IMG/VR virus record: IMGVR_UViG_3300043438_000518
Span: 1-64,000 of that record
Source: a virus
Lineage: Duplodnaviria; Caudoviricetes
DNA: 64,000 bases
Strand: one strand, 5' to 3'
Shown: positions 7,647-17,385 of the stretch, piece by piece
Position numbering within the stretch: the first letter of the stretch is position 1
How the letters are laid out: each line of letters starts with the position of its first letter
Made by a program: the position numbers and the translations under genes
The notes under the pieces: model-generated
What the model was told of the DNA's origin: nothing
The model's input: only the letters and a program-made list of their open reading frames with translations
Database searches by the model: none

Positions 7647-10100
7647 ATGATTATTGAATCTCTCAAAGAGTACACTGATCCAGTCAATCACGCCTACTTT
7701 TATCCTGAGCAGTTTGTAAGCTTATCGGATAAAGAAAAGGAGAGCTGGATTAAGTCTACTATGGACTACTTTGCAAATATTGCATTTGCACAGTACAAGC
7801 AGAATATCACCTTTAGAAAAAACTATAGGTTGCTTAACGGAGAATTTAACTTCTCTGACTACACAAACATCCCTGAGATGCAGGAACTAATCAGTTACTT
7901 AAATGATGTACCTGATCAAGAGCCTGAAGTACCTCAGCACTTAAAGCACTATCCTATTGTTAACCCTCCTATCAATCAGTTGAAGGGAGAGTTAATTAAC
8001 CGTCCTCACAAGTACAAGGTTAAAGCAGTAGATGACGAAGCTGTAAACGAGACTATTGATTTCCGTACAGAGTTAATTAAAGAACATTTCTTAAAGAAGT
8101 TAGAAGCTCAGTTAGAAGGTCAACCTGTTGATCCCGAACAAGAAGCTCAGATGCAACAAGAAATCCAGAACAAAATTTTGGATTATACTTCTGTTGCAGA
8201 AGAGTGGGGTAACAAAACTTTAAATGCTCTTAAGTACCACTTTAACTTTAGAGAGAAGTCTCAGCAAGCTTTCTTAGATTTCTTGGTAACAGGTAAAGAG
8301 TTTCACCACTTCTACCCAGATAATTCTCGCTTAGGATTTACCTATAAGACAGAGAACCCATCTAACGTATGGTACTTAGCTAATCGTAATGCTCAGTACA
8401 CATCTGACTGTTGGGCTTTAGGTTTGATTGAAGTTCTTTCTATGAGTGAAATCGTAGAGAGATATAATCTTACAGGAGAAGAAGTAGAGCATTTGAAGAA
8501 TCGTTCTTTACAGAACTTAAGAAACAACGAATACTCTCCCTTAGCTCCAGCTTTGCCAGATCCTAACGATCCTTTGTGGCAGTTAACCTTCGAGAACGTA
8601 GGTGACTTTGCTAACGGAGGTATTGATCATAACGTATTCTCATTTAACTCTCAGCACTCTTACACAGTTGTTACTTCTTACTGGCAGTCTAAGAAACGTA
8701 TCTTCAAACGTACCTACTTAGATGAGGAAGGATTCCAACAAGAGATGTTTGTATCTGAAGATTACAAGATGGATAAAACCTTAGGTGATATTACTCTTGA
8801 GGAACTTTGGATCAACGAATGGTGGAGAGGTATTAAGATTGGTGCAGACATCTACGTAAATGTAGAACCTTTAGAGTTTACTCAGAGTGCTCCTATTGTA
8901 GGTATTATTAATACCACTCGTAACACTCAAGGTAAGTCTTTGTTAGATCTTCTTAAACCCTATCAGGTTCTTTACAACATCTGTATGAATCAGTTGTGGG
9001 AATTGCTTGAGAAAGAAATTGGTGTTGTATTCTTGGGTGACTTGAAAGTAGTTCCTAAGAAAGACTCTCAGGATCCTATCGAGACAATGCTATGGAATGC
9101 TAAGAACAGAGGAACTCTTTTGATTGATACTTCAATTGAGAACACAGGAGGAGCTGTACAGTTCAACCAATTCTCTCGCCTTGATCTTACTCGTTCACAA
9201 GAGATTCAAGCACGTATCCAATTAGCTCAACAACTTCGCTTAGAAGCTTATGAGTTAGTAGGTCTTACTCGTCAACGTCTAGGTAACTCTCAAGCATCAG
9301 ATACAGCTACTGCTGCTAACAATGCTTTGATTCAATCCTTTGCTCAAACAGAAACTTGGTTTGCTTGGCATGATAACATCTTACAGAAAGTTTATCAGAC
9401 TATCTTGGATATGGCTCAGTATATTGAATTACAGAAGCCTACTTCTACTTTAAACTATCTAAACTCTGAACTAGAGACTGTATTCTTACAGGTATCTAAG
9501 AATGAATTACTTCATGAGTTGTTTGTATTTGTTTCTTCTTATGCAGAAGACAAAGTTACTCTTGAACAGTTAAAGCAGTTGGCTCAACCTGCGATGCAGA
9601 ATGGAGCAGAGCTTTCTGAAATGGTAGATTTGTTTACTGCTAACTCTGAAAGAAGCTTACGTAAGACTTTGTCTGATGTACAGAAACGTAAAGAAGCTAT
9701 CCGTCAACAAGATCAAGCGCTTAAGCAACAACAGTTGGAGCAACAACAAGCACAGTTTGAACAGAAGATGCAAATGGATGCAGCTCAGAAAGCAGAAGAT
9801 GCTAGAAGAGATGACATGAATAAGCAGCTTGATCGTGAGAACAGACTGCAAGTAGTTCAACTCCAAGGTATTGCTAACGAAGGTTCTTATAGTCCTGACG
9901 TAGATACTACAGGTCTCTTAATTGAACAGACTAAGATAGCTCAAGACATCTCTAAACAAACCTTTGAAAAAGTAACTAAGAATAAAGAGTTAAATTTAAA
10001 GGAGAAAGAGTTGGCACTGAAGGAAAAGGATATCGACACTAAGCTTAAAATAGCACAAACAAATAAAAACAAGTACGATTCAGGCTCAAAAAAGAAATAA
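7647..10100 (+). CDS. Portal protein
   Basis: 817 aa after TerL; HYPIVNPPINQLKGE, WINEWWRGIKIG, VGLTRQRLG and a Gln-rich coiled-coil C-terminus, as in crAss-like portals. Confidence 0.9.
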   Translation: MIIESLKEYTDPVNHAYFYPEQFVSLSDKEKESWIKSTMDYFANIAFAQYKQNITFRKNYRLLNGEFNFSDYTNIPEMQELISYLNDVPDQEPEVPQHLKHYPIVNPPINQLKGELINRPHKYKVKAVDDEAVNETIDFRTELIKEHFLKKLEAQLEGQPVDPEQEAQMQQEIQNKILDYTSVAEEWGNKTLNALKYHFNFREKSQQAFLDFLVTGKEFHHFYPDNSRLGFTYKTENPSNVWYLANRNAQYTSDCWALGLIEVLSMSEIVERYNLTGEEVEHLKNRSLQNLRNNEYSPLAPALPDPNDPLWQLTFENVGDFANGGIDHNVFSFNSQHSYTVVTSYWQSKKRIFKRTYLDEEGFQQEMFVSEDYKMDKTLGDITLEELWINEWWRGIKIGADIYVNVEPLEFTQSAPIVGIINTTRNTQGKSLLDLLKPYQVLYNICMNQLWELLEKEIGVVFLGDLKVVPKKDSQDPIETMLWNAKNRGTLLIDTSIENTGGAVQFNQFSRLDLTRSQEIQARIQLAQQLRLEAYELVGLTRQRLGNSQASDTATAANNALIQSFAQTETWFAWHDNILQKVYQTILDMAQYIELQKPTSTLNYLNSELETVFLQVSKNELLHELFVFVSSYAEDKVTLEQLKQLAQPAMQNGAELSEMVDLFTANSERSLRKTLSDVQKRKEAIRQQDQALKQQQLEQQQAQFEQKMQMDAAQKAEDARRDDMNKQLDRENRLQVVQLQGIANEGSYSPDVDTTGLLIEQTKIAQDISKQTFEKVTKNKELNLKEKELALKEKDIDTKLKIAQTNKNKYDSGSKKK

Positions 10101-10131
10101 GAGATACAAATAAGTAATAGATTATAGCACT

Positions 10132-10169
10132 AAAGTAGGGGGTTTTTGAGCCTAAAAATCCCCTATTTT
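10132..10169 (+). terminator. Intrinsic terminator after the portal gene
   Basis: AAAGTAGGGGGTTTTTG-AGCC-TAAAAATCCCCTATTTT hairpin. Confidence 0.7.
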
Positions 10170-10207
10170 AACTTATTGTGCATATCGTAACCTAATTTAT
10201 TAATCTC

Positions 10208-10237
10208 TTGTGTTAATTTTTTAAAATATTACTTTTG
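10208..10237 (+). promoter_or_regulatory. Bacteroidota-type promoter for the scaffold/MCP genes
   Basis: TTG-N19-TACTTTTG. Confidence 0.65.
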
Positions 10238-10257
10238 AATTAAACCAAACTAACCTT

Positions 10258-11382
10258 ATGACAACCAATAGTCCATTAGAGAATTTAGAGTTCTTTGACA
10301 GTTTTTCCGTAGATGATCCACTAGATTTGGATACCCCTACAGAAGATCCTAATGCCCACATTAAACCAGATATTTTAGGAGGAGAAGACTTTGATCCCCT
10401 AGAAGAAGATGAAAATCCTGAACCTATAAATCCTCCTAAAGCTCCAGCACCTGTTGAAGAAGAAGAGGAAGAAGAGGAAGAAGTAGATTTAGAAGGAGAT
10501 GAAGACGAAGAAGATAATTACTTTGAAGTCTTTGGTAAGGGTCTTGCTAAAGCAGGAATGCTTAACGTAGAAGAAGGAGAAGAAATAGAGTGGAATGAGC
10601 AAACATTCTTAGCTAAGATGAACGAGACTATCGAAGATAGAGCTTGGAATCAATTAGAAGAACTTGCTACTGAAACTTACGGAGAAGCAGGAGTACAGAT
10701 GATTGAAGATATCTTCATCAATAAAGTGCCTGTGCAAGAATACTTACAGATGTTCTCAAACGAACAAGTAGTCGAGAATGTAGACTTATCTGTAGAAGGA
10801 AACCAAGAAAGAGTTTTCCGTTTGTATTTAGCTAAGACAGGAATGGATGAAGATGAAATCGAAGATCAACTGAACTACGCTAGAGATAATGATCGCTTAG
10901 AAGCATACTCTCAAAAGTACCAAGTTAAGTTGGTAGAGAAGATGCAACAGGAAAGAGCACTACTTGCAGAACAAAGTGAAGCTCGTGTACAAGCGATGAG
11001 ACAGAAAGAAGAAGAAAGAGAGCAACTCTACGCTGATGTATTAGATGGAGCAATTGCTTCAGGTGCTATTGAAGGGTATCCTATCAACGAGCAATCAGCT
11101 ACAGAGTTATTTGACTTCGTTCTTTCGAGACCACACGTTCTTCCAAACGGTCAGCGTATTAGTGAGTTTGAATACAAACTTGCTAAGATGCGTCAAGAGG
11201 ATCCTTCTAAGTTTTTAGCTGTAGCTAGATTAGTTCAAAATGATTTAGATCTAACTCCTGTAAAAAGAAAAGCTGTAACAGAAGAGACCAATTCTCTATT
11301 CAATGATTTAAAGACCAAGAGTAAAAAGTCTGGTAAGACTTCAAAATCTAACGATGACTTATTCTCACGGTACTTCAAATAA
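10258..11382 (+). CDS. Acidic scaffold-like protein (crAss gene-77 position)
   Basis: Very acidic N-terminus and coiled coil; lies between portal and MCP. Confidence 0.7.
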   Translation: MTTNSPLENLEFFDSFSVDDPLDLDTPTEDPNAHIKPDILGGEDFDPLEEDENPEPINPPKAPAPVEEEEEEEEEVDLEGDEDEEDNYFEVFGKGLAKAGMLNVEEGEEIEWNEQTFLAKMNETIEDRAWNQLEELATETYGEAGVQMIEDIFINKVPVQEYLQMFSNEQVVENVDLSVEGNQERVFRLYLAKTGMDEDEIEDQLNYARDNDRLEAYSQKYQVKLVEKMQQERALLAEQSEARVQAMRQKEEEREQLYADVLDGAIASGAIEGYPINEQSATELFDFVLSRPHVLPNGQRISEFEYKLAKMRQEDPSKFLAVARLVQNDLDLTPVKRKAVTEETNSLFNDLKTKSKKSGKTSKSNDDLFSRYFK

Positions 11383-11413
11383 AACATAAAAACAAAAATA
11401 ATAAATTACTACT

Positions 11414-12937
11414 ATGCCTAATCAAAGTATTCCAAGGGTTAACGGGAGAGTTATAGCTAACGCTCACATGACCAGCTCATTCTATTCTAAAAATGGTTTG
11501 GGTAAATTGACAGACAAGAACTTCGTTGAAACCATGCTGCGCACTAAGCCTGATCAGTATGACAAAATGATGATTCGCCTTTTCACCGACACTAAATTGT
11601 ACAAGAACGACTTGTTGGATTTGGTAATGAAGACTGGTAAGCCTTTTATGGTTAACGATCCTAACGGAGTTTTCACCTACAAAATCAAGAAGCGTGCTGA
11701 GTTACCTAAGATCATTGTATCTACTGCTGCTACCTATCCAGGTCGTGATGGTTCTACTTTCGAATTGGTATTTGACAAGAACGTGTTTGTTGTTAACGAC
11801 ATTATCACCGGCCACCGCTATGAGCAAGAAACTCAAATCCAAATCGTTTCTGAAGGTGAAAAACACCAGAACGGTTTCAAGTACAAGTGTACTGCAGTAG
11901 GTGCTTCTTCTAGCGACTACGTAGCTGCTACTTTCTTGGCTGTAGGTGTTGAGTACTTCAAGATCGGTAACGTATTGGGTGAGTACACCACTTCATTCTC
12001 TAGCTTGGGATTGTTCGATGGTAACTTAGAAGTTATGGCTGATGTATTGCAACAGTATGGTGTTGAACACACTATCACTGACTGGGCTGATGCAACCAAA
12101 TTGGGTATGCAGACAGACGCTTCAGGCAATCCTATGGACATCACTTACTACTCTGTAAGCGATCCTATGGCTGAAGGTGAGAAAACCAAAATCGTTGGTT
12201 GGGAGCCTACAGTATCTCGTTTGCTCCGTATGGAGATGATGCGCATGAAAGCTAACACTTTGATGTGGGGTCGTCAAGGTAACGGTAAAGATGAAAAAGG
12301 TCGTCCTACTCGTGCTAAGCAAGGCTTATGGCAGCAATTGCACTTGGGTAACGTTATCTACTACGATCGTGGTCAGTTCTCTTTGAACTTGATTCGTACT
12401 GCTATCGGTGACTTGTTCTACAACCGTGTGTTGTTGAAAGACCGTAGCGTGAAGATCTACACCAACCGTTCTGGTATGGAGTTGGCTTCTACTGCTATCC
12501 GCAAAGACTTCAACGGTCAGAACTTCATGGTATCTGCTGATAAGTTCTTGGATGGTAAAGATCGTACTAAGCAAGGTTATGCTTTCCAATTCGATCACTT
12601 TATGACTACTGAGACTGGTCCAGTTGAATTCGTAGAATTAGAGCAATTGAATGAGCATGCTACTTTCTTGGAGTTGGGTCCTAACAAGAAGACTCCTCCA
12701 ATCTTCATCATCTTGGATGTAAGTGGTCAAGATGACGCAGGTATCCGTGAGGTAAAATTGTCTACTCGTCCTAACATGTACTATCAGTACATTGCAGGTT
12801 CAGTAGGATTCGGTGCTCAACAGACATCAATCGCTAGCAAAGATCCTTATTCTACCTACATCATGAAAGACTTCGCAGGTATCTTCTTGGAAGATCCTAC
12901 CAAGACTGTGATCATTAAAGAATTCCCTCGCATCTAA
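11414..12937 (+). CDS. Major capsid protein
   Basis: 507 aa in the canonical position; KQGLWQQL and IFLEDPTK near the C-terminus; strongly biased high-expression codon usage (TTC, ATC, CGT, GGT). Confidence 0.9.
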   Translation: MPNQSIPRVNGRVIANAHMTSSFYSKNGLGKLTDKNFVETMLRTKPDQYDKMMIRLFTDTKLYKNDLLDLVMKTGKPFMVNDPNGVFTYKIKKRAELPKIIVSTAATYPGRDGSTFELVFDKNVFVVNDIITGHRYEQETQIQIVSEGEKHQNGFKYKCTAVGASSSDYVAATFLAVGVEYFKIGNVLGEYTTSFSSLGLFDGNLEVMADVLQQYGVEHTITDWADATKLGMQTDASGNPMDITYYSVSDPMAEGEKTKIVGWEPTVSRLLRMEMMRMKANTLMWGRQGNGKDEKGRPTRAKQGLWQQLHLGNVIYYDRGQFSLNLIRTAIGDLFYNRVLLKDRSVKIYTNRSGMELASTAIRKDFNGQNFMVSADKFLDGKDRTKQGYAFQFDHFMTTETGPVEFVELEQLNEHATFLELGPNKKTPPIFIILDVSGQDDAGIREVKLSTRPNMYYQYIAGSVGFGAQQTSIASKDPYSTYIMKDFAGIFLEDPTKTVIIKEFPRI

Positions 12938-12952
12938 TTGCGAATCTATGAC

Positions 12953-12976
12953 GGAGGGGGTTTAATAGCCCCCTCC
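12953..12976 (+). terminator. GC-rich hairpin after MCP (weak terminator or mRNA stabiliser)
   Basis: GGAGGGGGT-TTAATA-GCCCCCTCC with no U-tract. Confidence 0.6.
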
Positions 12977-13018
12977 TAAATAGATAAAGTTAGAACCAAA
13001 AATTAAACCAAACCAAAA

Positions 13019-13957
13019 ATGAGTAAAGAAATAGCACAGGGAGTGCGAATTATTCGTCCCTACAAAAGACAACCTTCTAGCATGCGCACATTAGAAGGAT
13101 CATTGTACCAGAATGGATATAACTTCATTCCAGGAACAGTAAGAAAGTTTTTCCCACGAGTTGATTCACGTGGAGTAATTAGAACAGGATTAGATGAGAA
13201 CTCTCCGAAGTTCCGTGGAATCTTGGACACAAAAGCTAGAGAGCAAGAGATGCAGAGAGTTAAGCAACTTAGAGAATACTATGAGTCGCTTCTTGATGAA
13301 TCATTACTGCCTGCTAGTACGTTCTATGACGAAATTAAAGAAAACGGATATACCCTAGAAGATGGAGATAACATCTTCAATATGGAGAATCCTAGAGAAG
13401 CAATTAACTTTTATTGGTTAATGGAAACCGAAATGGTTGCTCACTCTATGGATGATATAGAAAGTGGTAAGATAGATACAGCTATTGTAAAGTTCTACGT
13501 TTACAATGGTGACGTAGAAACTAAGACTACTTTTGAACGTAAGAAACGCATTAACAGTGCAATTGCATCTTTAGATAAGATGACTGCAACTAAGCGTAAA
13601 AAAGTTCAAAAGCTTATTGGCTTAGGATTACCCATGGATGCTACAGAAGAAGAAGTTTACAATGCAGTAGATGAGTTCTTACGTACACCAGCATCAGCTC
13701 TTGATCGAGATCCTATTGATCAGTTTAACAAGATTATGTCATACAGTGACGACTTGTTAGATGTGAAGGCTCTTGTAAAAGATCTAGTAGATAAAAACAT
13801 CATTAGAATTAAAGGTTCTATTGTATACGAAGGAGAGCATGTATGGGCTAAGTCAATCGAAGAGTTTGAATTATTCCTTGCAGATCCTAAAAATACAGAA
13901 GAGTATACATCCTTTAAGGATAAGTTGAAAAACAAAGCACGAATTGACGCTCTATAA
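13019..13957 (+). CDS. Conserved crAss-like structural-module protein (gene-75 position)
   Basis: First gene after MCP; assigned by synteny. Confidence 0.6.
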   Translation: MSKEIAQGVRIIRPYKRQPSSMRTLEGSLYQNGYNFIPGTVRKFFPRVDSRGVIRTGLDENSPKFRGILDTKAREQEMQRVKQLREYYESLLDESLLPASTFYDEIKENGYTLEDGDNIFNMENPREAINFYWLMETEMVAHSMDDIESGKIDTAIVKFYVYNGDVETKTTFERKKRINSAIASLDKMTATKRKKVQKLIGLGLPMDATEEEVYNAVDEFLRTPASALDRDPIDQFNKIMSYSDDLLDVKALVKDLVDKNIIRIKGSIVYEGEHVWAKSIEEFELFLADPKNTEEYTSFKDKLKNKARIDAL

Positions 13958-13973
13958 AAACTAAATATATAAC

Positions 13974-14690
13974 ATGATCCCTGTTGAGGAACTCATCTAT
14001 GAGTTTAAACTAACTTTAAATAAAATCAATCGTCAGGATAATATAGATATCCCGATTGAAGATATTATAGTTTACCTCAACAAGGCTCAGGTTAGTTGGA
14101 TTAAAACTAAACTTAATCCTAACAATATTTATAAAGTAGGCTACGATTCAATCAGAAAGCGTATTGATGATCTCCAGATATTGAAGACCAGTAATGTGCC
14201 TCTGAATCCCGTAAAAACAAATGATCTCTTTCACGTTGGCTATGATTGTCCTCTGAAAGACGCAGCAAACTATATGTTTTATATTTCGTCTTACGCAATA
14301 GCAAAGAATGGAACCTGTTCTGAGCCCATTACTATAGACTTAGTTAGACATGGAGAACTTACTACTAAGTACCTTGACAACAATTACAGCCCTTCGTTTG
14401 AGTGGAGAACAACTTTAGCCACACTGGGGAATGATAACTTGACAGTCTACACTGATAGTAAGTTTAAGATCGAAAAAGTGTTTGTAACATACTTACGTTA
14501 TCCCTTAGATATAGATGTAGAGGGCTACGTTAAGTTTGATGGAACAAACTCTAAGAATCAAGACTCAGAACTCCCTGAGTATGCTCAGTCAGACATTGTC
14601 GACTTAGCTGTTAAGTTCGCTGCTCAATCAACTGATAATCAAGCACAAGCTGTGTTTGCTGAAGATCGTTTAAACAAAAACTCTGAATAA
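13974..14690 (+). CDS. Head-tail ring/adaptor protein (gene-74 position)
   Basis: YLNKAQ...TYLRYP...SELPE...DIVDLAV pattern typical of crAss-like ring proteins. Confidence 0.7.
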   Translation: MIPVEELIYEFKLTLNKINRQDNIDIPIEDIIVYLNKAQVSWIKTKLNPNNIYKVGYDSIRKRIDDLQILKTSNVPLNPVKTNDLFHVGYDCPLKDAANYMFYISSYAIAKNGTCSEPITIDLVRHGELTTKYLDNNYSPSFEWRTTLATLGNDNLTVYTDSKFKIEKVFVTYLRYPLDIDVEGYVKFDGTNSKNQDSELPEYAQSDIVDLAVKFAAQSTDNQAQAVFAEDRLNKNSE

Positions 14691-14701
14691 TATATAAAAC
14701 T

Positions 14702-15778
14702 ATGAATCACAAGATCACACAAATCTTCGTACCTAGCGCAGTAGATGCTGCTTATGTACCCTCCTCAACTGCAACTCCAATGGTTACAAAAAGTATTTCT
14801 GCTTTAAATGCTGATGGTACTGCAAACTTAGGAGCTACTCCATCTGTTCCTGCTTCTTTTAAATTAGCTTTTGGAACTGGTACCAATAACAAATTTGGTA
14901 ATTTTCAAACTAGTATTATCAAGCAAAGCAATATTTTGTCTGTAACCAAGACTAACGCTGACTTGACTGTAACCCAGCAAGTTTCTTACATTGGTTGGGA
15001 TGAAGCTTCTGCTGCTACTCCTGTTTTCAAATGTGACGAAGAATACGTTGTTACTTTGAAAATTGACGAGTACTGGAGCAAAGGCATTTACCAGCCAATG
15101 ATTCAAGAGTCTGTAGTTGTTAAAACTGCATGCTGCTCTGAATGTGGTGGTGACTGCGATGCTTTGTCTGCTTCTACCTACATGACTGCTATCGTTACTA
15201 AGATCAATGCTTCTCCTTTGTTGAGCAAGTATGTTGTTGCTTCTTTGGTATCTAGCGGATCTAACTACGGTGTTAAATTGGTAGGTAAGGCTTTGGATGA
15301 ATTCGGTAACGCTTGTGTTCCTGATGCAGTTCCTTACGTATTCAACTTGGTACGTTTCAAAGTAAAAGTTCACGAAGGTCCTTACAACACTCAAGACTTC
15401 GATATCGAAGATGCTTGTGCTGCTTGGACTATCACCTATGCAACTAACGTTAAGTATCCTATCGGTGTTAAAGCTGCTATGGCTGAAATGGAACGTCACT
15501 ACTTCCGTAACAACTTGCCTAACGTAGCTGAAGCTCGCTACTACTGGAATCCTATTTACAACGAAGATGTAAATCAATTCTTGTACGTACCTACTTATAC
15601 CGCTGCTACTGGTTTTGAAATGTACGAAATCACTTACTTGGAAGATTCTCCAGTAGGTTTTGAGAAGAAAACACAAAACACTCACTCTATCATTATCTTG
15701 AGTGAAGAAGGTGGAGCAGGTGAAGCTGGCATCCGTGCCTTCATCAATAATTTGACTGGTTCCTCTTTCGTAGACTAA
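14702..15778 (+). CDS. Abundant virion protein, probable auxiliary capsid protein (gene-73 position)
   Basis: Synteny; same high-expression codon bias as MCP; followed by a terminator. Confidence 0.6.
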   Translation: MNHKITQIFVPSAVDAAYVPSSTATPMVTKSISALNADGTANLGATPSVPASFKLAFGTGTNNKFGNFQTSIIKQSNILSVTKTNADLTVTQQVSYIGWDEASAATPVFKCDEEYVVTLKIDEYWSKGIYQPMIQESVVVKTACCSECGGDCDALSASTYMTAIVTKINASPLLSKYVVASLVSSGSNYGVKLVGKALDEFGNACVPDAVPYVFNLVRFKVKVHEGPYNTQDFDIEDACAAWTITYATNVKYPIGVKAAMAEMERHYFRNNLPNVAEARYYWNPIYNEDVNQFLYVPTYTAATGFEMYEITYLEDSPVGFEKKTQNTHSIIILSEEGGAGEAGIRAFINNLTGSSFVD

Positions 15779-15790
15779 TCAAGAGATTAT

Positions 15791-15820
15791 GTGGGGGATT
15801 AATCTCCCCCACTTTTTCTT
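15791..15820 (+). terminator. Intrinsic terminator
   Basis: GTGGGGGA-TTAATC-TCCCCCAC-TTTTTCTT. Confidence 0.85.
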
Positions 15821-15840
15821 ACCTATTAACTTAAAATAAA

Positions 15841-16143
15841 ATGAAAGATATCAATCTCAAACCTGGAACATTCAGTGAAACCTTGGAAAATGCTTCTGGC
15901 AAAGGTCCTGGGAAATCACTTGTAAAATTTATCTTGGGAGTTTTATCTAGCAACTCAACTTGCTGCGATAAAACTTTTGCTTACGGTACAGTTAACAACT
16001 CTACTATTACTTTAAAAGTATATACAGCTCCAGAAATTGCTGCCTTAACTGGTATGACTGCTGGTACATTGGTATATGATAGTACTAATACAGCCCTTAA
16101 GTTCTACAATGGAACTGCATGGGAAACCGTAACTTCTGCCTAA
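15841..16143 (+). CDS. Small virion/fibre-like protein
   Basis: C-terminal GTLVYDSTNTALKFYNGTAW motif common in phage fibre proteins. Confidence 0.55.
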   Translation: MKDINLKPGTFSETLENASGKGPGKSLVKFILGVLSSNSTCCDKTFAYGTVNNSTITLKVYTAPEIAALTGMTAGTLVYDSTNTALKFYNGTAWETVTSA

Positions 16144-16156
16144 TCTCTAAATAAAT

Positions 16157-16182
16157 GGGGGAGATAACACTCCCCCTTTTTT
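16157..16182 (+). terminator. Intrinsic terminator
   Basis: GGGGGAG-ATAACA-CTCCCCC-TTTTTT. Confidence 0.85.
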
Positions 16183-16190
16183 AAAAAACT

Positions 16191-16697
16191 ATGAACGTAC
16201 AACTTAACTTAGAAGCACTTAAAGCAAAGGATTGCTCTTACTTGTCTATCCTTGATACATCAGTATACCCATTAGCTCCTGATACTGCAGAGATTTCTAT
16301 CTCAGTACCTGGCTATGATAATCCTTTTACTTTCAATTACACTATTGGCGAAGTAAACATATTCAACTCTTATAACTTTGGATTCACTACTTCTTCTACC
16401 AGTGGCTTTACTGCTTTACCTGATGGCGTTTATACTTTAACTATTACCACTTGTCCTGATACTGGTATCAACACTCGCTACCACTTGAGGACTTGTAAGA
16501 TTGATTGTCGTCTTGGAGTACAGTGGGCTAAGTATGTAGACTGCTGTGATGACGAGAAGACTCTTATTTACTTGGACAAAATTGAGTTTTTGCTTAAGGG
16601 TGCTGAAGCACATGCTGATTTATGCAACCCTGCAAAAGCTACTGAATTATATAGAAAAGCCGATGACTTACTCAGAAGACTTGAGTCTGACTGTTAA
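16191..16697 (+). CDS. Virion protein (tail hub/fibre-attachment-like)
   Basis: Ig-like LPDGVYTLTIT segment plus a Cys-containing helical C-terminus. Confidence 0.5.
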   Translation: MNVQLNLEALKAKDCSYLSILDTSVYPLAPDTAEISISVPGYDNPFTFNYTIGEVNIFNSYNFGFTTSSTSGFTALPDGVYTLTITTCPDTGINTRYHLRTCKIDCRLGVQWAKYVDCCDDEKTLIYLDKIEFLLKGAEAHADLCNPAKATELYRKADDLLRRLESDC

Positions 16698-16851
16698 GAA
16701 GAAACTTGCTCATGCTGCTTACAAAGAGTTACAGCATATCAAGTACTTAACAAAGCCCTATTACAAAAAGTCTAAAGCACTAGCACGCTTCTTGAAGTAT
16801 GCTGACTGCATAGACTGCGATACAAAAGCAACTCTGAAAATTAAACTTTAA
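16663..16851 (+). CDS. Small hypothetical protein with CxxC
   Basis: Likely start at ATG 16663 (MTYSEDLSL) within track ORF 16546..16851. Confidence 0.5.
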   Translation: MTYSEDLSLTVKKKLAHAAYKELQHIKYLTKPYYKKSKALARFLKYADCIDCDTKATLKIKL

Positions 16852-16855
16852 AACA

Positions 16856-17383
16856 ATGACTAACTGCTGCCCTAATAACAACTGCGTAGAAATCGTTCCT
16901 TCTGGGTGCGTAAAGTATACAGGTACTCCTACTGAAGGAGGTCTGATTGATTCTTTTAATTCCTGTGACCCTTATCTGAATGACTTGCTTAAGTTATTGG
17001 ACGATAAAGTAGTTAACTTAGACACCCGTCTAGGATTAGATAAAACTACTTTTGATGCAGCAAACAATGCATGTGGTACTAATCCTGTAATTTCTATGAC
17101 AGGAGTTACTGTACAAGATGATAAGTACTATTCTGCACAAGTAGTTATTAAGTTGGTAGGAGTTATTTGTGAGTTGCGTTCTCGCTTAAACTATTTGTCT
17201 GCAAAAGACATCAACGTAAATTCTGGAAATATTCACTGGTTAGATCTTCCTTTAGATTCTTCTTTTAAGGTATGGTTAGCTGATCAGTGCCTTGGCGATA
17301 ATCCTTGCTCTGGAGACGAGATTCAAAATCTTCGTGGTTTACTTCAGGCTATCATTGTTAAACTTTGTACTTGCTGCGCATAA
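16856..17383 (+). CDS. Cys-rich virion/fibre-associated protein
   Basis: MTNCCPNNNC...CVKYTG...CTCCA; the N-terminus resembles the CITYSG motif of the next gene. Confidence 0.55.
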   Translation: MTNCCPNNNCVEIVPSGCVKYTGTPTEGGLIDSFNSCDPYLNDLLKLLDDKVVNLDTRLGLDKTTFDAANNACGTNPVISMTGVTVQDDKYYSAQVVIKLVGVICELRSRLNYLSAKDINVNSGNIHWLDLPLDSSFKVWLADQCLGDNPCSGDEIQNLRGLLQAIIVKLCTCCA

Positions 17384-17385
17384 CC

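Noticed and set aside
5612-12937. Introns or inteins in TerL, portal or MCP (also checked in PolA and RNAP)
   Set aside because: The ORFs are continuous and of expected length; no intein splice motifs or embedded endonucleases were seen.
14864-15685. 273-aa antisense ORF
   Set aside because: Shadow of a strongly codon-biased + strand gene; no protein-like motifs.
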